Shown here: positions 47,207 through 58,000 of the stretch, in pieces
Position numbering within the stretch: position 1 is the stretch's first letter
Layout of the letters: every line of letters begins with the position of its first letter
Source: a virus
Taxonomy: Duplodnaviria; Caudoviricetes
Virus record (IMG/VR): IMGVR_UViG_3300033487_000003
Coordinates: 1 to 64,000 of that record
DNA length: 64,000 nucleotides
Direction: 5' to 3' (one strand)
Notes under the pieces: model-generated
Told to the model about the DNA's origin: nothing
What the model saw: the letters and a program-made list of their open reading frames with translations, nothing else
The model's database searches: none
Translations under genes and position numbers: made by a program

Positions 47207-49975
47207 ATGGCGCTCCCACCAGATATCAACGTTGTCACGATCACCGGAACGTACATTGGCGGAGACGCGGTAGCGGAATCAGGTTTCGTGACGTTCCTGC
47301 CCTCCGTCGACACGATCCGAGATCCCGCGAGCGACCAGGTTGTGAAACTGGCACCACAGCGGGCGGTGCTCGACGTGGCTGGACATTTCACGATCGATGT
47401 AATCGCTTCGGACGATCCGGACATCGTCCCGACTGGCTGGTACTACACCGTCACGGAGCGGGTCACCCGTCATGATCAACGTAGTTGGTTCATCCGGGTC
47501 CCATACACTTTGGTCAGTATCGATCTAGCGGACATTCCAGAAGTCACTGATCCCTCTGGCCCAACCTACCCAGCAATGACCTCTGCCGTTACCTCCGTCG
47601 TCGGACAGGTTGGCGACGTTACCGGAGCGGAGATCTTGGCCGATGCCACGGTGGCCGCAGCGTTCGCTACCAAGGCCGATGAGGCTGACCTCACTACCCT
47701 GGCTGGGGTTGTCGCTACCAAGGCCGATGAGGCTGACCTCACTACCCTGGCTGGGGTTGTCGCTACCAAGGCCGATACCAGCGCGCTCGCCACGTTGGTC
47801 CCGTACACCGGGGCTACGAATGACGTGGATCTTGGCACGCGCTCGCTGCGCTCCGATAACGTCGCCGTCAACGAGGGCACGTTGACCGATCCCACGGTCA
47901 CTGATCTTGGTGGATTGCAGGTATCGGTAACCTCCGTCGATTGCCTGATCCGCTCCGACACCACCTACGGAGACGACGGATGGCTGTACCGGGCAACCGT
48001 CCCCGCAGCGATTCTGCCTGTCGTGGACAACGCGGTTAACCACCTGTACGTCACCTATAACGCTGGTACACCGGTCTACGCGATGACGACTGACCGTAAT
48101 GTGTTGAACCTGTCGAATACGATCCCGACGTTCCGTCTTCTGGTACAGGGCGGTGCGGTCACCGCGATGCTGCCGTTCGGTTTCATGGGGCGTTCGGCTG
48201 GTATTCGGTGGCTCTTGCGTGAAGTTCGGATCACCGATCCGGTGGGTGGGGTGCGCGAGTCCGGACTGGGGTTGAGCGAAACCGCGACCAGGGTTGTCAA
48301 CGTCGCTTCTGGTACAGCCTGGTTCGTTTTGAATCACCTCGTACTTCCTGCTGTCGCTCAGGGCGGTGCGGGCGTCTCGTCGTATCTGCTTCACCACGTG
48401 GCTGGGGTATGGACAGAAACTTCAATAACCCAGTACAACAATATGCAGTATGACAACGGTACAGATCTGGTCACGTTGACGAACAATCGGTATGCCGTGA
48501 ACTGGGTGTATCGAAGTCTCGCCACGTCCGAAATCATCATCGTCTTGGGTGGTGGCGACTACTCGGCTAGCAGTGCCTTGACGTCAGCCGTTCCGACAAC
48601 CCCATCACACATCGACGAATTTTACTATCTGTGTGGGCGGATCATCGTCCAGAAAAACGCGAGCACTGCCTATAGCATCGAGAACACCGATACCGCGCAA
48701 TTCGCGTCCAGTGCTGTGACGTCCCACAACGATCTCGATGGGTTGCAGGGTGGGCAGATCGGGGAGTACTACCATCTGACAGCAGCCGAACACACGTCGA
48801 TCGGTACGATATCAACGGGGATGGTTCCGTATACCGGAGCTACCGGAAACGTCGATCTCGCCACGCACTCGCTGTATGCGGACAACGTGCCATTCACCGA
48901 GGGTGTGGTCACCGATCCGGTGATCACCGATGCGACCGGGGTCGCTGTGGCGATCACCTCCTGTGAGGTGCTCATCCGGTCGGATGACCTGTGGGGTGGC
49001 GACGAGCGGCTATACCGGATGACCGTACCGGCGGTGGCCAGTCTTGCCCTGACCGACAACACGGTGAACTATATCGATGTGATCTGGAATGGTGGATCAC
49101 CCATTTACGCGGCCACCACCGACAGATTCACCATCAACTTCTCCGATCGTATTCCAGTCGCACGGGTCGGCATGGAGTCCGGAAGCATCGAATACCAACT
49201 GATGTACGGATACCTAGCAAAGGGATCAACGTCGAGGAACACTGACCGGGTGTTGAAGACCCGGGGCCGTGGTGGTATCGAACGCGAATCTGGACTGGGA
49301 ATCAGCGAGTCCGCGACACGGGTCGTGAGTATCGGATCAGGTGCCGTGTGGTTCGGACTTCAAAGATTCTCTTTGAGTGCTGTGACGTCCGGAGTCGGAG
49401 GAACTGGTTTCCATCTGTGGTATCACTCGTCCGGTGTGTGGACGAATACGACGATCACCCAGTACAACAACACCCAGTACGACAACGGTACCAATCTAGC
49501 GACTCTCACCTCCAACAGATACGGCGTTAACTGGGTATACCGGAATCTCGTCACGGACGAAATCGACATCGTCCTGGGAATCGGGGACTACACCCTAGCT
49601 CAAGCTGAGGCGTCAACTCTCCCGTCCATTCCGGAAATGGTTGCCGCATTTTACGTTCTGTGTGGGCGGATCATCGTCCAGAAAAACGCGAGTACGGCGA
49701 CGACCATCGAAAACGTCTCAACGACCACGTTCAATACAGCCGCCGTATCGATCCACAACGACCTGTCCGGAATACAAGGTGGAACCACCGGCGAGTACTA
49801 CCACCTCACCAGCTCCCAACATGCCGCGTACGGAACCGCAACCGCACTGGCAGCTGGAACACCTGCGTCAAGTGCGGCAGCTGGAACACCTGGACAGGTT
49901 CTCTACGACACTAACTACATCTATGTCTGTGTTGCCCCAAATACCTGGCGACGTGCCACTTTGAACATTTTTTGA
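47207..49975 (+). CDS. large virion fibre/appendage protein with a duplicated ~330-aa domain
   Basis: N-terminal V.ITGTY..G.V.F.P..DDP..W.YTV.E adaptor typical of actinophage fibres; two homologous domains (VPYTGAT...HNDL.G.QGG..GEYYHLT). Confidence 0.75.
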   Translation: MALPPDINVVTITGTYIGGDAVAESGFVTFLPSVDTIRDPASDQVVKLAPQRAVLDVAGHFTIDVIASDDPDIVPTGWYYTVTERVTRHDQRSWFIRVPYTLVSIDLADIPEVTDPSGPTYPAMTSAVTSVVGQVGDVTGAEILADATVAAAFATKADEADLTTLAGVVATKADEADLTTLAGVVATKADTSALATLVPYTGATNDVDLGTRSLRSDNVAVNEGTLTDPTVTDLGGLQVSVTSVDCLIRSDTTYGDDGWLYRATVPAAILPVVDNAVNHLYVTYNAGTPVYAMTTDRNVLNLSNTIPTFRLLVQGGAVTAMLPFGFMGRSAGIRWLLREVRITDPVGGVRESGLGLSETATRVVNVASGTAWFVLNHLVLPAVAQGGAGVSSYLLHHVAGVWTETSITQYNNMQYDNGTDLVTLTNNRYAVNWVYRSLATSEIIIVLGGGDYSASSALTSAVPTTPSHIDEFYYLCGRIIVQKNASTAYSIENTDTAQFASSAVTSHNDLDGLQGGQIGEYYHLTAAEHTSIGTISTGMVPYTGATGNVDLATHSLYADNVPFTEGVVTDPVITDATGVAVAITSCEVLIRSDDLWGGDERLYRMTVPAVASLALTDNTVNYIDVIWNGGSPIYAATTDRFTINFSDRIPVARVGMESGSIEYQLMYGYLAKGSTSRNTDRVLKTRGRGGIERESGLGISESATRVVSIGSGAVWFGLQRFSLSAVTSGVGGTGFHLWYHSSGVWTNTTITQYNNTQYDNGTNLATLTSNRYGVNWVYRNLVTDEIDIVLGIGDYTLAQAEASTLPSIPEMVAAFYVLCGRIIVQKNASTATTIENVSTTTFNTAAVSIHNDLSGIQGGTTGEYYHLTSSQHAAYGTATALAAGTPASSAAAGTPGQVLYDTNYIYVCVAPNTWRRATLNIF
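47664..47776 (+). repeat. 48-bp tandem repeat (2.3 copies; ATKADEADLTTLAGVV)
   Basis: perfect copies. Confidence 0.9.
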
Positions 49976-49984
49976 TGGAGAACC

Positions 49985-50401
49985 ATGACGATCAGACTTC
50001 CGATCGCATCCCGGAACGCAGCGGCTAACGCGGTCGTCGACTTGGTCGATGCCGGGGCCGGTTCCGGTCTGATTCGGCTCTATTCCGGATCCCAGCCGGC
50101 CAGCGCTGACCTTGCCGCCACCGGAACACTCCTAGCTATATTCACATGCAACGATTCGGCGTTCGGGCCGGCAGCGGGTGGGACGGCGACCCTCGTGGTT
50201 ACCCCAGCACTGTCGGCGACCGGGGTCGCCGCTGGTAACGCCGGGTGGTTCCGGGTCGTCGACAGCACCGGAGCAACCGTGTTTGACGGATCTGTCACAG
50301 CAAGTGGTGGCGGCGGAGATCTGATCATGAGTACGGTCACGGTCAGCGTCGGTCTGGCACTGAATCTGACCGCTGGTACGACGACGATGCCGGCATCCTG
50401 A
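49985..50401 (+). CDS. conserved virion structural protein
   Basis: G.I.LYSG.QPA.AD.A.TGTLLA...G.AGWFR..DS.G..V.DGSV..GG.DL pattern. Confidence 0.7.
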   Translation: MTIRLPIASRNAAANAVVDLVDAGAGSGLIRLYSGSQPASADLAATGTLLAIFTCNDSAFGPAAGGTATLVVTPALSATGVAAGNAGWFRVVDSTGATVFDGSVTASGGGGDLIMSTVTVSVGLALNLTAGTTTMPAS

Positions 50402-50601
50402 TGGCAACAGACTGCCAGCTTGCCGCGAACCTACCAGCCGTGGATCTAGCGCTTACGGAATCGAGTTCGGCAACCGGAGCGGTCACCGCGTCCCTGCCCG
50501 ATCTCGCAGCACACATCACGGTAGGGGCGGTAACCCCACCACCGGCGATGGTGGCGACAGCGGCGACGCGGGACCTGCTCGCCACCGCCACGGTTGTCTG
50601 A
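50401..50601 (+). CDS. small hypothetical protein
   Basis: TGATG coupling. Confidence 0.45.
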   Translation: MATDCQLAANLPAVDLALTESSSATGAVTASLPDLAAHITVGAVTPPPAMVATAATRDLLATATVV

Positions 50602-50610
50602 GGAGAAGCG

Positions 50611-50961
50611 ATGCCATCCAACGTCCTGCTAACCCTACGGCAGAGCAACGACGAGATCATCGACGTGGTGATCACACCAAACTCGGCGCTCGACGATCTG
50701 TCCCTGGTCACCCAGCTGGTAGCTGTGCTGAAGCCGGATCAGTGCACGACGGACACCGACGCGTCCACGCTGACATTGACGAGTAATGATCCAACGCAGA
50801 TCGTGATCACGGCGCAAACCGCCCTGTCGATCTCCGCGACGGTGTACGTGCCCGCGTCAGCGCTACTGGTGCCCTATAACCGCTGGTGGCGGCTGGACGC
50901 GTACGTGGGGACGTTGAAACGGACCGCTCTGTATGGTCTGGTCACCCTGATCGACCTCTAG
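50611..50961 (+). CDS. hypothetical virion protein
   Basis: GAGGAG SD; WW.LD..V..RT..YG.V pattern. Confidence 0.6.
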   Translation: MPSNVLLTLRQSNDEIIDVVITPNSALDDLSLVTQLVAVLKPDQCTTDTDASTLTLTSNDPTQIVITAQTALSISATVYVPASALLVPYNRWWRLDAYVGTLKRTALYGLVTLIDL

Positions 50962-50974
50962 GAAAAGGGCAACG

Positions 50975-51763
50975 ATGGTATCTCCGTGCGGATGGACGGT
51001 CACGAAGTGTGGATGTGGGACCTGTTGGGATACCTATACCCCGCAGGTCAAGGCCACGGCGAGCGCCCTGGCAACGATGGTGATGTGGGCGGCGACCGGA
51101 CGTCAGTTCGGCAGGTGCCAGATCACGGTACAGCCCTGTACCCGACGGGAGCTGATCCCCGAGTACCAGACCTATCCGGTTGCGGCTGAGGGGTTCATGT
51201 CCGGGCCGTACATCTCAGGTGGGGTTTGGCACAACGACTGCCCAGGGTTGGACGAATCGACCTGTCCGTGTTCGGTCGACGGGTCCTGTTCGGTGCTGCT
51301 GTCCGGAACAACCACCACGGCGGGCATCGTCGCGATCACGATTGGTGGGGTGCTGCTTCCGGCCGGATCGTACGTGATCATCAATGGCAACACGCTGGTG
51401 CGTACTGATGGTCAGTGCTGGCCTTCGTGCCCGTCCCTGACCAGTCAGACGATCCCGGATTTTGAGGTCACCTACCTGGTGGGGTTGCCGATTCCCGAAG
51501 CTGTCCAGGCCGCCACGGAGCGGCTCGCGTGCGAATTTGCAAAAGCCTGCAAGGGTGGGCCGTGCGTGCTCCCCCAGGCGCTGAAGTCTTTGACCAGACA
51601 GGGCGTCGAGGTGGAGATTGCCAGTCTCCCGGAGGACCCGAACCTGATCCGTACCGGAATCAGGGAGGTCGACCTGGTGATCGTGGCGATGAACCCCAAC
51701 GGACTGATGCAGCGACCGACGGTCCTGAGTCTGGACCTGTCGATGCCGAGGAGAGTCACCTGA
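50975..51763 (+). CDS. head-to-tail adaptor
   Basis: A...MWAATGR.FG.C..TV.PC, LACE.AK.C....C.LP..S..RQGV, TGI.EVD. Confidence 0.75.
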   Translation: MVSPCGWTVTKCGCGTCWDTYTPQVKATASALATMVMWAATGRQFGRCQITVQPCTRRELIPEYQTYPVAAEGFMSGPYISGGVWHNDCPGLDESTCPCSVDGSCSVLLSGTTTTAGIVAITIGGVLLPAGSYVIINGNTLVRTDGQCWPSCPSLTSQTIPDFEVTYLVGLPIPEAVQAATERLACEFAKACKGGPCVLPQALKSLTRQGVEVEIASLPEDPNLIRTGIREVDLVIVAMNPNGLMQRPTVLSLDLSMPRRVT

Positions 51764-52311
51764 TGACGACGCCGTTGTATGACCTGGTGGTCGCCCCGGT
51801 GGTGGCTGATCTACTTGCGTGTCTGACGGTTGAGATGGGGAAGACTCCGCAGCCTCCGGCGAGCGTGTGTGTGCGGATCGGTAACCGGGTGGACCTTCTG
51901 CTGTCGGAGATCTATGACGAGTGCTGCGTGGGGTTGGCGTGGGTGCGGTTGGTCCGACAGTATCCGTCTCGCTCTTTTCCCGATCCTGACGAGACGGCCT
52001 CTCCCTGTTCGGTCTCCAGGTGGGCGCTGGTATTGGAGCTGGGGGTGGCGCGGTGTGCCCCGACGGGGGACGCGGGGACCATTCCGACATGTGAGGACTG
52101 GACGGCGGCGGCGGTCACCCACTACGCGGATCTTGCCGCGTTACGGCGAACGGTGTGCTGCTACGAGAAAGCGCACCATCCGGACCGGAAGGTCGTGATC
52201 TCCGATGCGGTTCCCCAGACGGTCGAGGGTGGTTGTACGTCCGTGACGATGCAGGTCACGATATCGGCGTTGGCATGTGATCCGGTGTGTAGGGAGAGTC
52301 CTGGTGGGTAG
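51763..52311 (+). CDS. tail terminator/neck-like protein
   Basis: Cys-rich, DECC.GLAWVR, ELGVARC and GGC motifs; position. Confidence 0.6.
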   Translation: MTTPLYDLVVAPVVADLLACLTVEMGKTPQPPASVCVRIGNRVDLLLSEIYDECCVGLAWVRLVRQYPSRSFPDPDETASPCSVSRWALVLELGVARCAPTGDAGTIPTCEDWTAAAVTHYADLAALRRTVCCYEKAHHPDRKVVISDAVPQTVEGGCTSVTMQVTISALACDPVCRESPGG

Positions 52312-52558
52312 AAAACAACGTGGCGTTGCGGTAGATGTTCCGGTGCCAGTGGTGACGGGGGAACCGGGTGCCGTGGTCGATGCGAGGGTGGTCGAGTCGC
52401 CCCGGGTTGATCGAGTGTGGGTACGGGTCGAGGTAGCTCACGATGGCCTGTACGCGGGGCAGGTGTACGAAATGGTGCTGTCGCAGCGAGTTCAGGCGCT
52501 GATCAGGGCCGGATATTTGGAGATTGTGGTACCTCCGGATGGTGTCTGGCCAGTCTGA
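52304..52558 (+). CDS. small hypothetical protein
   Basis: GTG overlapping the upstream gene, GGGAGAG upstream. Confidence 0.4.
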   Translation: MGRKQRGVAVDVPVPVVTGEPGAVVDARVVESPRVDRVWVRVEVAHDGLYAGQVYEMVLSQRVQALIRAGYLEIVVPPDGVWPV

Positions 52559-52569
52559 TAGGTGGTGTC

Positions 52570-53058
52570 GTGGCTGATCTGTTTGTGATCAAGTTTACGA
52601 AGGTCACGATCACGGTTGATCGACCTGCGGCGACCAGGGTCGCACGGGACGAGGGCGTTCGCCGGGTGACGACGTTCTGCCGACGGACACAGAACCAGTC
52701 GATCATCGACTGTCCGGTGGACACGGGGAACTTGCGTGGTCATCATCGAATGCGGGTCAAGACGATGGCGACAAAGGTCGTTGGTGAGGTCTACAACGAT
52801 GCCGAGTACGCGGCGGCGGTCCACGATGGCAGCAAACCTCATGTGATCGTCGGACGCAGGATGCGTAAGCCGACGAGGAAGCGTAAGTACCGGGGTGTGA
52901 AGACTTTGCGTTTCACGATCGGGGGGATGGTGATCTACCGGCGACGCGTCAATCATCCGGGTAGCAAGGGGCGGCCGTGGCTTCGGGAGGCTGCTAAGAA
53001 GATCGCTCAGTCGGAGGGGTTTGACTGGAGTTCTGGATCCGCTGGTGAGGCCGCGTAA
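52570..53058 (+). CDS. HK97 gp10-like tail completion protein
   Basis: CPVDTGNLR, EYAAAVHDG, V.HPG.K..PWL. Confidence 0.75.
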   Translation: MADLFVIKFTKVTITVDRPAATRVARDEGVRRVTTFCRRTQNQSIIDCPVDTGNLRGHHRMRVKTMATKVVGEVYNDAEYAAAVHDGSKPHVIVGRRMRKPTRKRKYRGVKTLRFTIGGMVIYRRRVNHPGSKGRPWLREAAKKIAQSEGFDWSSGSAGEAA

Positions 53059-53099
53059 GGTTTGATCATCGTATCGGACACGGAGGAAGTGAGGACGCG

Positions 53100-53657
53100 A
53101 TGACATCACCGAAACGGACCGCATCGGGGCATGCCACGGGTGCCAAGGGTGCCACGCGGAAAGTGACAGCTGTGCCAGCGGACGGTGTACCGGACACGGA
53201 CGAGATTGCTGTGGTCGGTGAGGGTCCGTCTGTGGGTGAGACTCAGCAGGGCGGGAAAGAACGGCCGGCGGGGATGGTCACAGCCGATGGGCAGAAGCTG
53301 AAGACTGATCATGTGACGTTCAGGGGTCGCACGATGGTCGTGGGTGTTCCGGACGAGGTGCAGTTGTCGATCATGCAGCGGTTCTCTGATCAGTACTCGG
53401 CTATGGCGGACAGCAAGATGGTCGACGCTAAGGTCGCCGTTCGGATGTCCGGGAGGGCGATATCGATCATCCAGTCCGTCCTGACTGACGAGGATGACAA
53501 GGCGTGGGTAGAGGACGCCCTGCTCCGTAAGGATTTCGAGATCATGGACGCGCTGTGGATCGTCGAGGAAGCCATGGCACGGCTCAAGGTCGCGAATGCG
53601 CCGAACCGCGAGGGACGGCGTGCGGCAGGAAAGAAATCCCGCCTTGTGACCAGTTGA
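53100..53657 (+). CDS. tail assembly chaperone
   Basis: position before the tape measure; PNR..RRA C-terminus; GGAGG/GAGG SD. Confidence 0.6.
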   Translation: MTSPKRTASGHATGAKGATRKVTAVPADGVPDTDEIAVVGEGPSVGETQQGGKERPAGMVTADGQKLKTDHVTFRGRTMVVGVPDEVQLSIMQRFSDQYSAMADSKMVDAKVAVRMSGRAISIIQSVLTDEDDKAWVEDALLRKDFEIMDALWIVEEAMARLKVANAPNREGRRAAGKKSRLVTS

Positions 53658-53658
53658 G

Positions 53659-54195
53659 GTGAAGGACTCAGATGGTCTGGCTGCACTTCGGTGCTGGCCG
53701 GTCGAGGTGGAGCTGGCCGGACGGTCCTATCGTATTTCGGGTCGTCCGGCCATAGATTGGATCTTGAAGTTAGCTTACGAGAACTGGCTGGGAATCGTCC
53801 CCGGGATGGTCGAGGGTGACGAGATCGACGACATGATCGAGAGCGGGGATATTTCTCTCAGGGCGCTGGTGGCAGCGGGGAGGGACGCTACGGCGACGGC
53901 TACGGGTATGCCGTGGTGGGCTGCCTGCCGGTTAGTTAAGGCAACGGTAAGTGATGTCGAGTTGGTTGGCGCGCTGGTGCTGGCTGGGGTCGACGTCGAG
54001 CGCGTGTCGATCGGGGCCTACGTCGCTGCTACGTACCGGCTGATGATGGACGGTCGGGACAAGAAGCAGCGGGCGTCTCTGGACGCGGACATCACTAAGG
54101 TTCCGAAGGGGATCCGGACTGAGGAGTTGTACGACTCGCAGAAGGCGGGTCAGCAGTTCGAGAGGGCGTTTGCCAGGCAGCGCACGCCACAGTAA
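53659..54195 (+). CDS. second tail assembly chaperone-like protein
   Basis: follows the first chaperone by 1 nt; PWW.A.RL, GVD....S.G pattern. Confidence 0.6.
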   Translation: MKDSDGLAALRCWPVEVELAGRSYRISGRPAIDWILKLAYENWLGIVPGMVEGDEIDDMIESGDISLRALVAAGRDATATATGMPWWAACRLVKATVSDVELVGALVLAGVDVERVSIGAYVAATYRLMMDGRDKKQRASLDADITKVPKGIRTEELYDSQKAGQQFERAFARQRTPQ

Positions 54196-54256
54196 CGGAC
54201 CTGATTTGGGGGAGATGGGATACACATGGTGATGCCACACCATTTGACGACGCGGA

Positions 54257-54556
54257 GTGATGATGAGCAGAAAGCACAAGGACGGCGACGAGGTACCGGT
54301 GGAGATCGTCCACGCGAACAACAGATCACGATTTTCCATCATCGGTGGGGTGATCTGCGCCATCGTCGTAGTGGTTTTTGAGATCGTTGGCGCCGATTTA
54401 TGGTCAATCACGGTTGTTTCGGTAACGGCGATAGGCCAATTTGGTCGAGCCTTGTGGCATCAGGGGTACTCGACCGGCTATCGGGGTGGTCTGTCGTCGA
54501 CCTACCGTGTCGAGCCGCTCGGGCAAGCCACCGATACGCGGTGGGACGTTTCGTGA
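54257..54556 (+). CDS. small membrane protein
   Basis: hydrophobic segments; GGAG upstream; 3' end overlaps a convergent gene. Confidence 0.4.
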   Translation: MMMSRKHKDGDEVPVEIVHANNRSRFSIIGGVICAIVVVVFEIVGADLWSITVVSVTAIGQFGRALWHQGYSTGYRGGLSSTYRVEPLGQATDTRWDVS

Positions 54557-54959
54557 CACCCCACAGATCGGCTATGGCGGTAGCTGGCCCACCAGGACGG
54601 TTCGTGTTTGTCGCCCAGGTAGCGACCGACAGCACGTGATCCCAGTGGTTGTCCGGCCAGCTGCGTGACCCGGAAGGTTTCAGGCTCGCGGCGGCCGTCC
54701 ACCACACCTCGTCAGGGGTGATGGTCTGGACGGCCGCCGCGAGTCGTTGTATCTGGGGTAGGGGGAGACGAGATAGGGCCGCTTGGTTGATCCGGCCGGT
54801 TGGATGTCTGGTCGTGATGGTCAGTTGACTGATCCGGTGGTGCTCGTCGAGGCGGATCGTGACGAGCAGGGGTGATCCTGGATCGTCGATGGTGATCGCT
54901 CCCTGGTCGCCGATGGTTACTTGGGCGTCTTCTGGGTTGAGGAGTGTCATCATCACCAT
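54408..54959 (-). CDS. putative HTH protein inserted antisense in the tail operon
   Basis: AIADLWGVT...AYRWLARA HTH-like segment; TATGAT + 6 nt + ATG. Confidence 0.6.
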   Translation of the reverse strand: MVMMTLLNPEDAQVTIGDQGAITIDDPGSPLLVTIRLDEHHRISQLTITTRHPTGRINQAALSRLPLPQIQRLAAAVQTITPDEVWWTAAASLKPSGSRSWPDNHWDHVLSVATWATNTNRPGGPATAIADLWGVTKRPTAYRWLARAARHGRSTTDHPDSRSSTPDATRLDQIGLSPLPKQP

Positions 54960-55014
54960 GGGATGATCATATTCTGACGTTGGATTGATCTTAACCACCA
55001 ATCATGATCATGAT
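54960..55014. promoter_or_regulatory. divergent leaderless promoters (HTH gene and tape measure)
   Basis: minus TATGAT-6-ATG; plus CATGAT-6-ATG 55015. Confidence 0.45.
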
Positions 55015-58000
55015 ATGGCGAAGACCGGTGAAGCCTCGATCCTGGCCGTAGCGGATGTCAGTAAATTCGCCGCCCAACTCCAAAAAGACCTAAACTCCGC
55101 CATAGCGGGCATAAAGCTCAACGCTGACAACCTAGGCAAGCAAATCAGCCAGGGCGTCAAAGAAGGCGTCGACCAGGCGAACACCGAACTCCGCCGTCTG
55201 GGCGATCAGTCTGGCCAGACCACCAACATCATCACTGCCAACTCGACTCGCGCCGGACAGAGCATGGCCGCCGCGTTCAGCCGCGTCGGATCTGAGATGA
55301 GCGGCATCGGCGAGCAGATGTCGATGTTCGTGTCGTTGCCCCTGGCTGCCGCTGGCGCAGCGTCGGCGAGAGCGGCCGGAAATTTTGAACAGATGATGAA
55401 CCGGGTCAAGGCCGCCACAGAGGCGACCGGGCCGGTGTTCGAGCAGCTACGACAGCAGGCAATCGATCTGGGTGCCACCACCGCGTTCTCGGCGACTGAA
55501 GCCGCTGGTGCTATGCAGATCCTGGCAACTGCCGGATTCAACACCACGCAGATCATGGAAGCCGTACCCGCCGTCCTCGACATGGCAGCCGCCGGAGCGG
55601 TCGACCTCGCAACGGCTGCCGAGATCGGCTCGGACATCCTCAACGGTTTTGGTTTCGAGGCCAAGGACCTGAGCAAGGTCAACGACGTGCTGGCGCGCAC
55701 GTTCATGGCGACCGCGACGAATCTCGTCGACCTGGGAAACAGCTTCAAGTACGTCGGTCCGATCGCTAAGGGCGTCGGATTGTCGTTCGAGGAAACCTCG
55801 GCGGCTATCGGATTGATGGGCAACGCGGGCATCAAGGGCGACATGGCGGGCACCGCCCTACGGGGAGCGCTTTCTCGGCTCATGTCCCCGACGAAGGACG
55901 TCACCGAGGTGTTGACGAAATTAGGCATCTCACTTACCGACTCCAGTGGGAAGATGCTGCCGCTCGTCGACATCATGAGACGCCTGGAAAACTCTGGGGC
56001 GTCCACTGCCGACATGCTGAAGCTCTTCGGCCAGGAAGCCGGTCCGGGCATGATGGCCCTGCTGACGCAGGGATCCGGAGCGTTGGCGAATCTGACGACG
56101 CAGCTGCGAAATTCTGGTGGTACGGCTGACAAGGTAGCGAAGACCCAGATGCAGGGGCTGAATGCCCAGCTGGACAACCTGTCGGGTGCTGTGGAAACCC
56201 TGATGATCGCGATCGGCGATGCTGGTCTGCTCGCGGTACTGACACGGGTAGCAACCAAGATGACAGATCTTGTCGGGTCGATGGCACAGACCTCTCCGGT
56301 CGTCTTGAATGTCGTGACGGTTATCGGCGCGTTACTGGCCGCTGCGGGTCCCTTGCTGTTCATCACGGGGAAGATCGCCGAGGCGATCGGGTTCCTCCTT
56401 CCGTGGATCAAGAAGTTTGGTACGGCTTTCAAGGCGTTCGGCACGGGAGCAATGGCATTCTTCGCGACGCCGGCTGGGTGGGTGGTGCTGGCAATCGCGG
56501 CGATCGTGGCCGCGATGGTGATCGCCTACAAGTACTCCGACAAGTTCCGGGCGTTCGCGCAGCGTGCTTTCGTGGCGGTTGGGAACGCGGGTAAGTGGCT
56601 CTGGGAGAGCGCGTTGCAGCCGGCGTTCAAGGGCATCGTCAAGGGAATGCAGCTGTTACGGCAGAGAGTCGGGCAGCTGTGGACCGTGGTGCGTCCGATC
56701 TTCACGGGTCTTGGGCGGGTACTCATGGCTGCGTGGAGTGGGCAGATCCGGCCGGTGTTGCAGGGTTGGGCGGCTGGGTTCGTGTCTGCGGGAGCGAGGA
56801 TCAGGGCGTTCTGGATTAGTTCGGTGGTACCAGCGATCGGGGCGATTGTCGGCTGGTTCCGCGTGTTGGCAAATGTGATCCGTACCTGGTGGGCGGGGAA
56901 CGGTGATGCTGTTTTCAGTGCTGCCCGGGGTGTGATGACCCAGGTCGGCGGGATGATCGCGACGATATGGTCGGGTGTGATAGCCGTTTTTCGGGCGGTT
57001 GGGGCGGTTGTCGGCTGGGTATTCACAAATGTGGTTATTCCGGTCGTGAAGGCCGTAATCGCTGTGATCAAACTCTTAATCGATGTGATCATCGCCTTGA
57101 AGCCGGTGTGGATCATCATCGGTGCGGTCATCGCCGTAGCCGTTGGTGTGATCATCGCGGTGGTGCGGGTTCTCTGGGCGGCATTCGTGTGGGCGTTCAA
57201 CGCGATAGCGGCCGTCGTTCAGTGGCTGTGGGGATCGGTGATCAAACCGGTGTTCTCACTTCTTGGCGTGCTGATCCAGGGCGTGGCGGCTGTGATCCAG
57301 TGGCTGTGGACGTCGGTGATATCGCCAGTCGTGATGTTGATCGCGACCGCGATCGGCGTGCTCGGGTCGGTGCTGATCTGGTTGTGGAGCAACGTCGTGG
57401 TACCGGTCTGGAATGCGATCGGCGCCGTGATCTCGTTCGTGTGGACCTCGATCATCATGCCGGTCTTCAACGCGCTGAGGACGGCGGTCGGCGCGGTGGT
57501 CGCCGTGTTCCAGTGGTTGTGGAATACGTTCTCACCGGTGTTCGCGGCGATCGGGAATCTCATGTGGACTATCTGGTCAGGGATCATCTCGATTGTGTTC
57601 GACCTGATCAAGGTGGGGTTCGCCGTGATCTGGGGCGTGATTCAGGTCTGGTGGACGGGTTTCAAGATGGTGCTCAACGCTCTCGGCGCGGTGTTCACCT
57701 GGTTGTGGGGTGTGATCAGTCCGGTGTTCGCGGCGATCGGCGCGGTGTTCGTCTGGTTGTGGAATGTCGCGAAGATGGCGATAGATGGTGTTGGTATGAC
57801 GTTTGCCTGGCTGTGGGGAGTCGTCTCTCCGGTGATCAGCATGATTAGTAGTGCGTTGTCGTGGTTGTGGGGCGTGATTGTAACGATCTTCAACGCTGTC
57901 GTGATGTTCGTTCGCTCGGCGATCACCCAGATTGTTACTGCGGCAAATGGGGTGACCGCATTTGTCAATGCGATATCTGGACACTTCCAGGCGGTTGTCA

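Noticed and set aside
53600-53665. Programmed frameshift between the two tail assembly chaperones
   Set aside because: The second ORF is in the +1 frame, which is closed by TGA at 53647-53649; a -1 slip would not reach it, so a separate GTG start is more plausible
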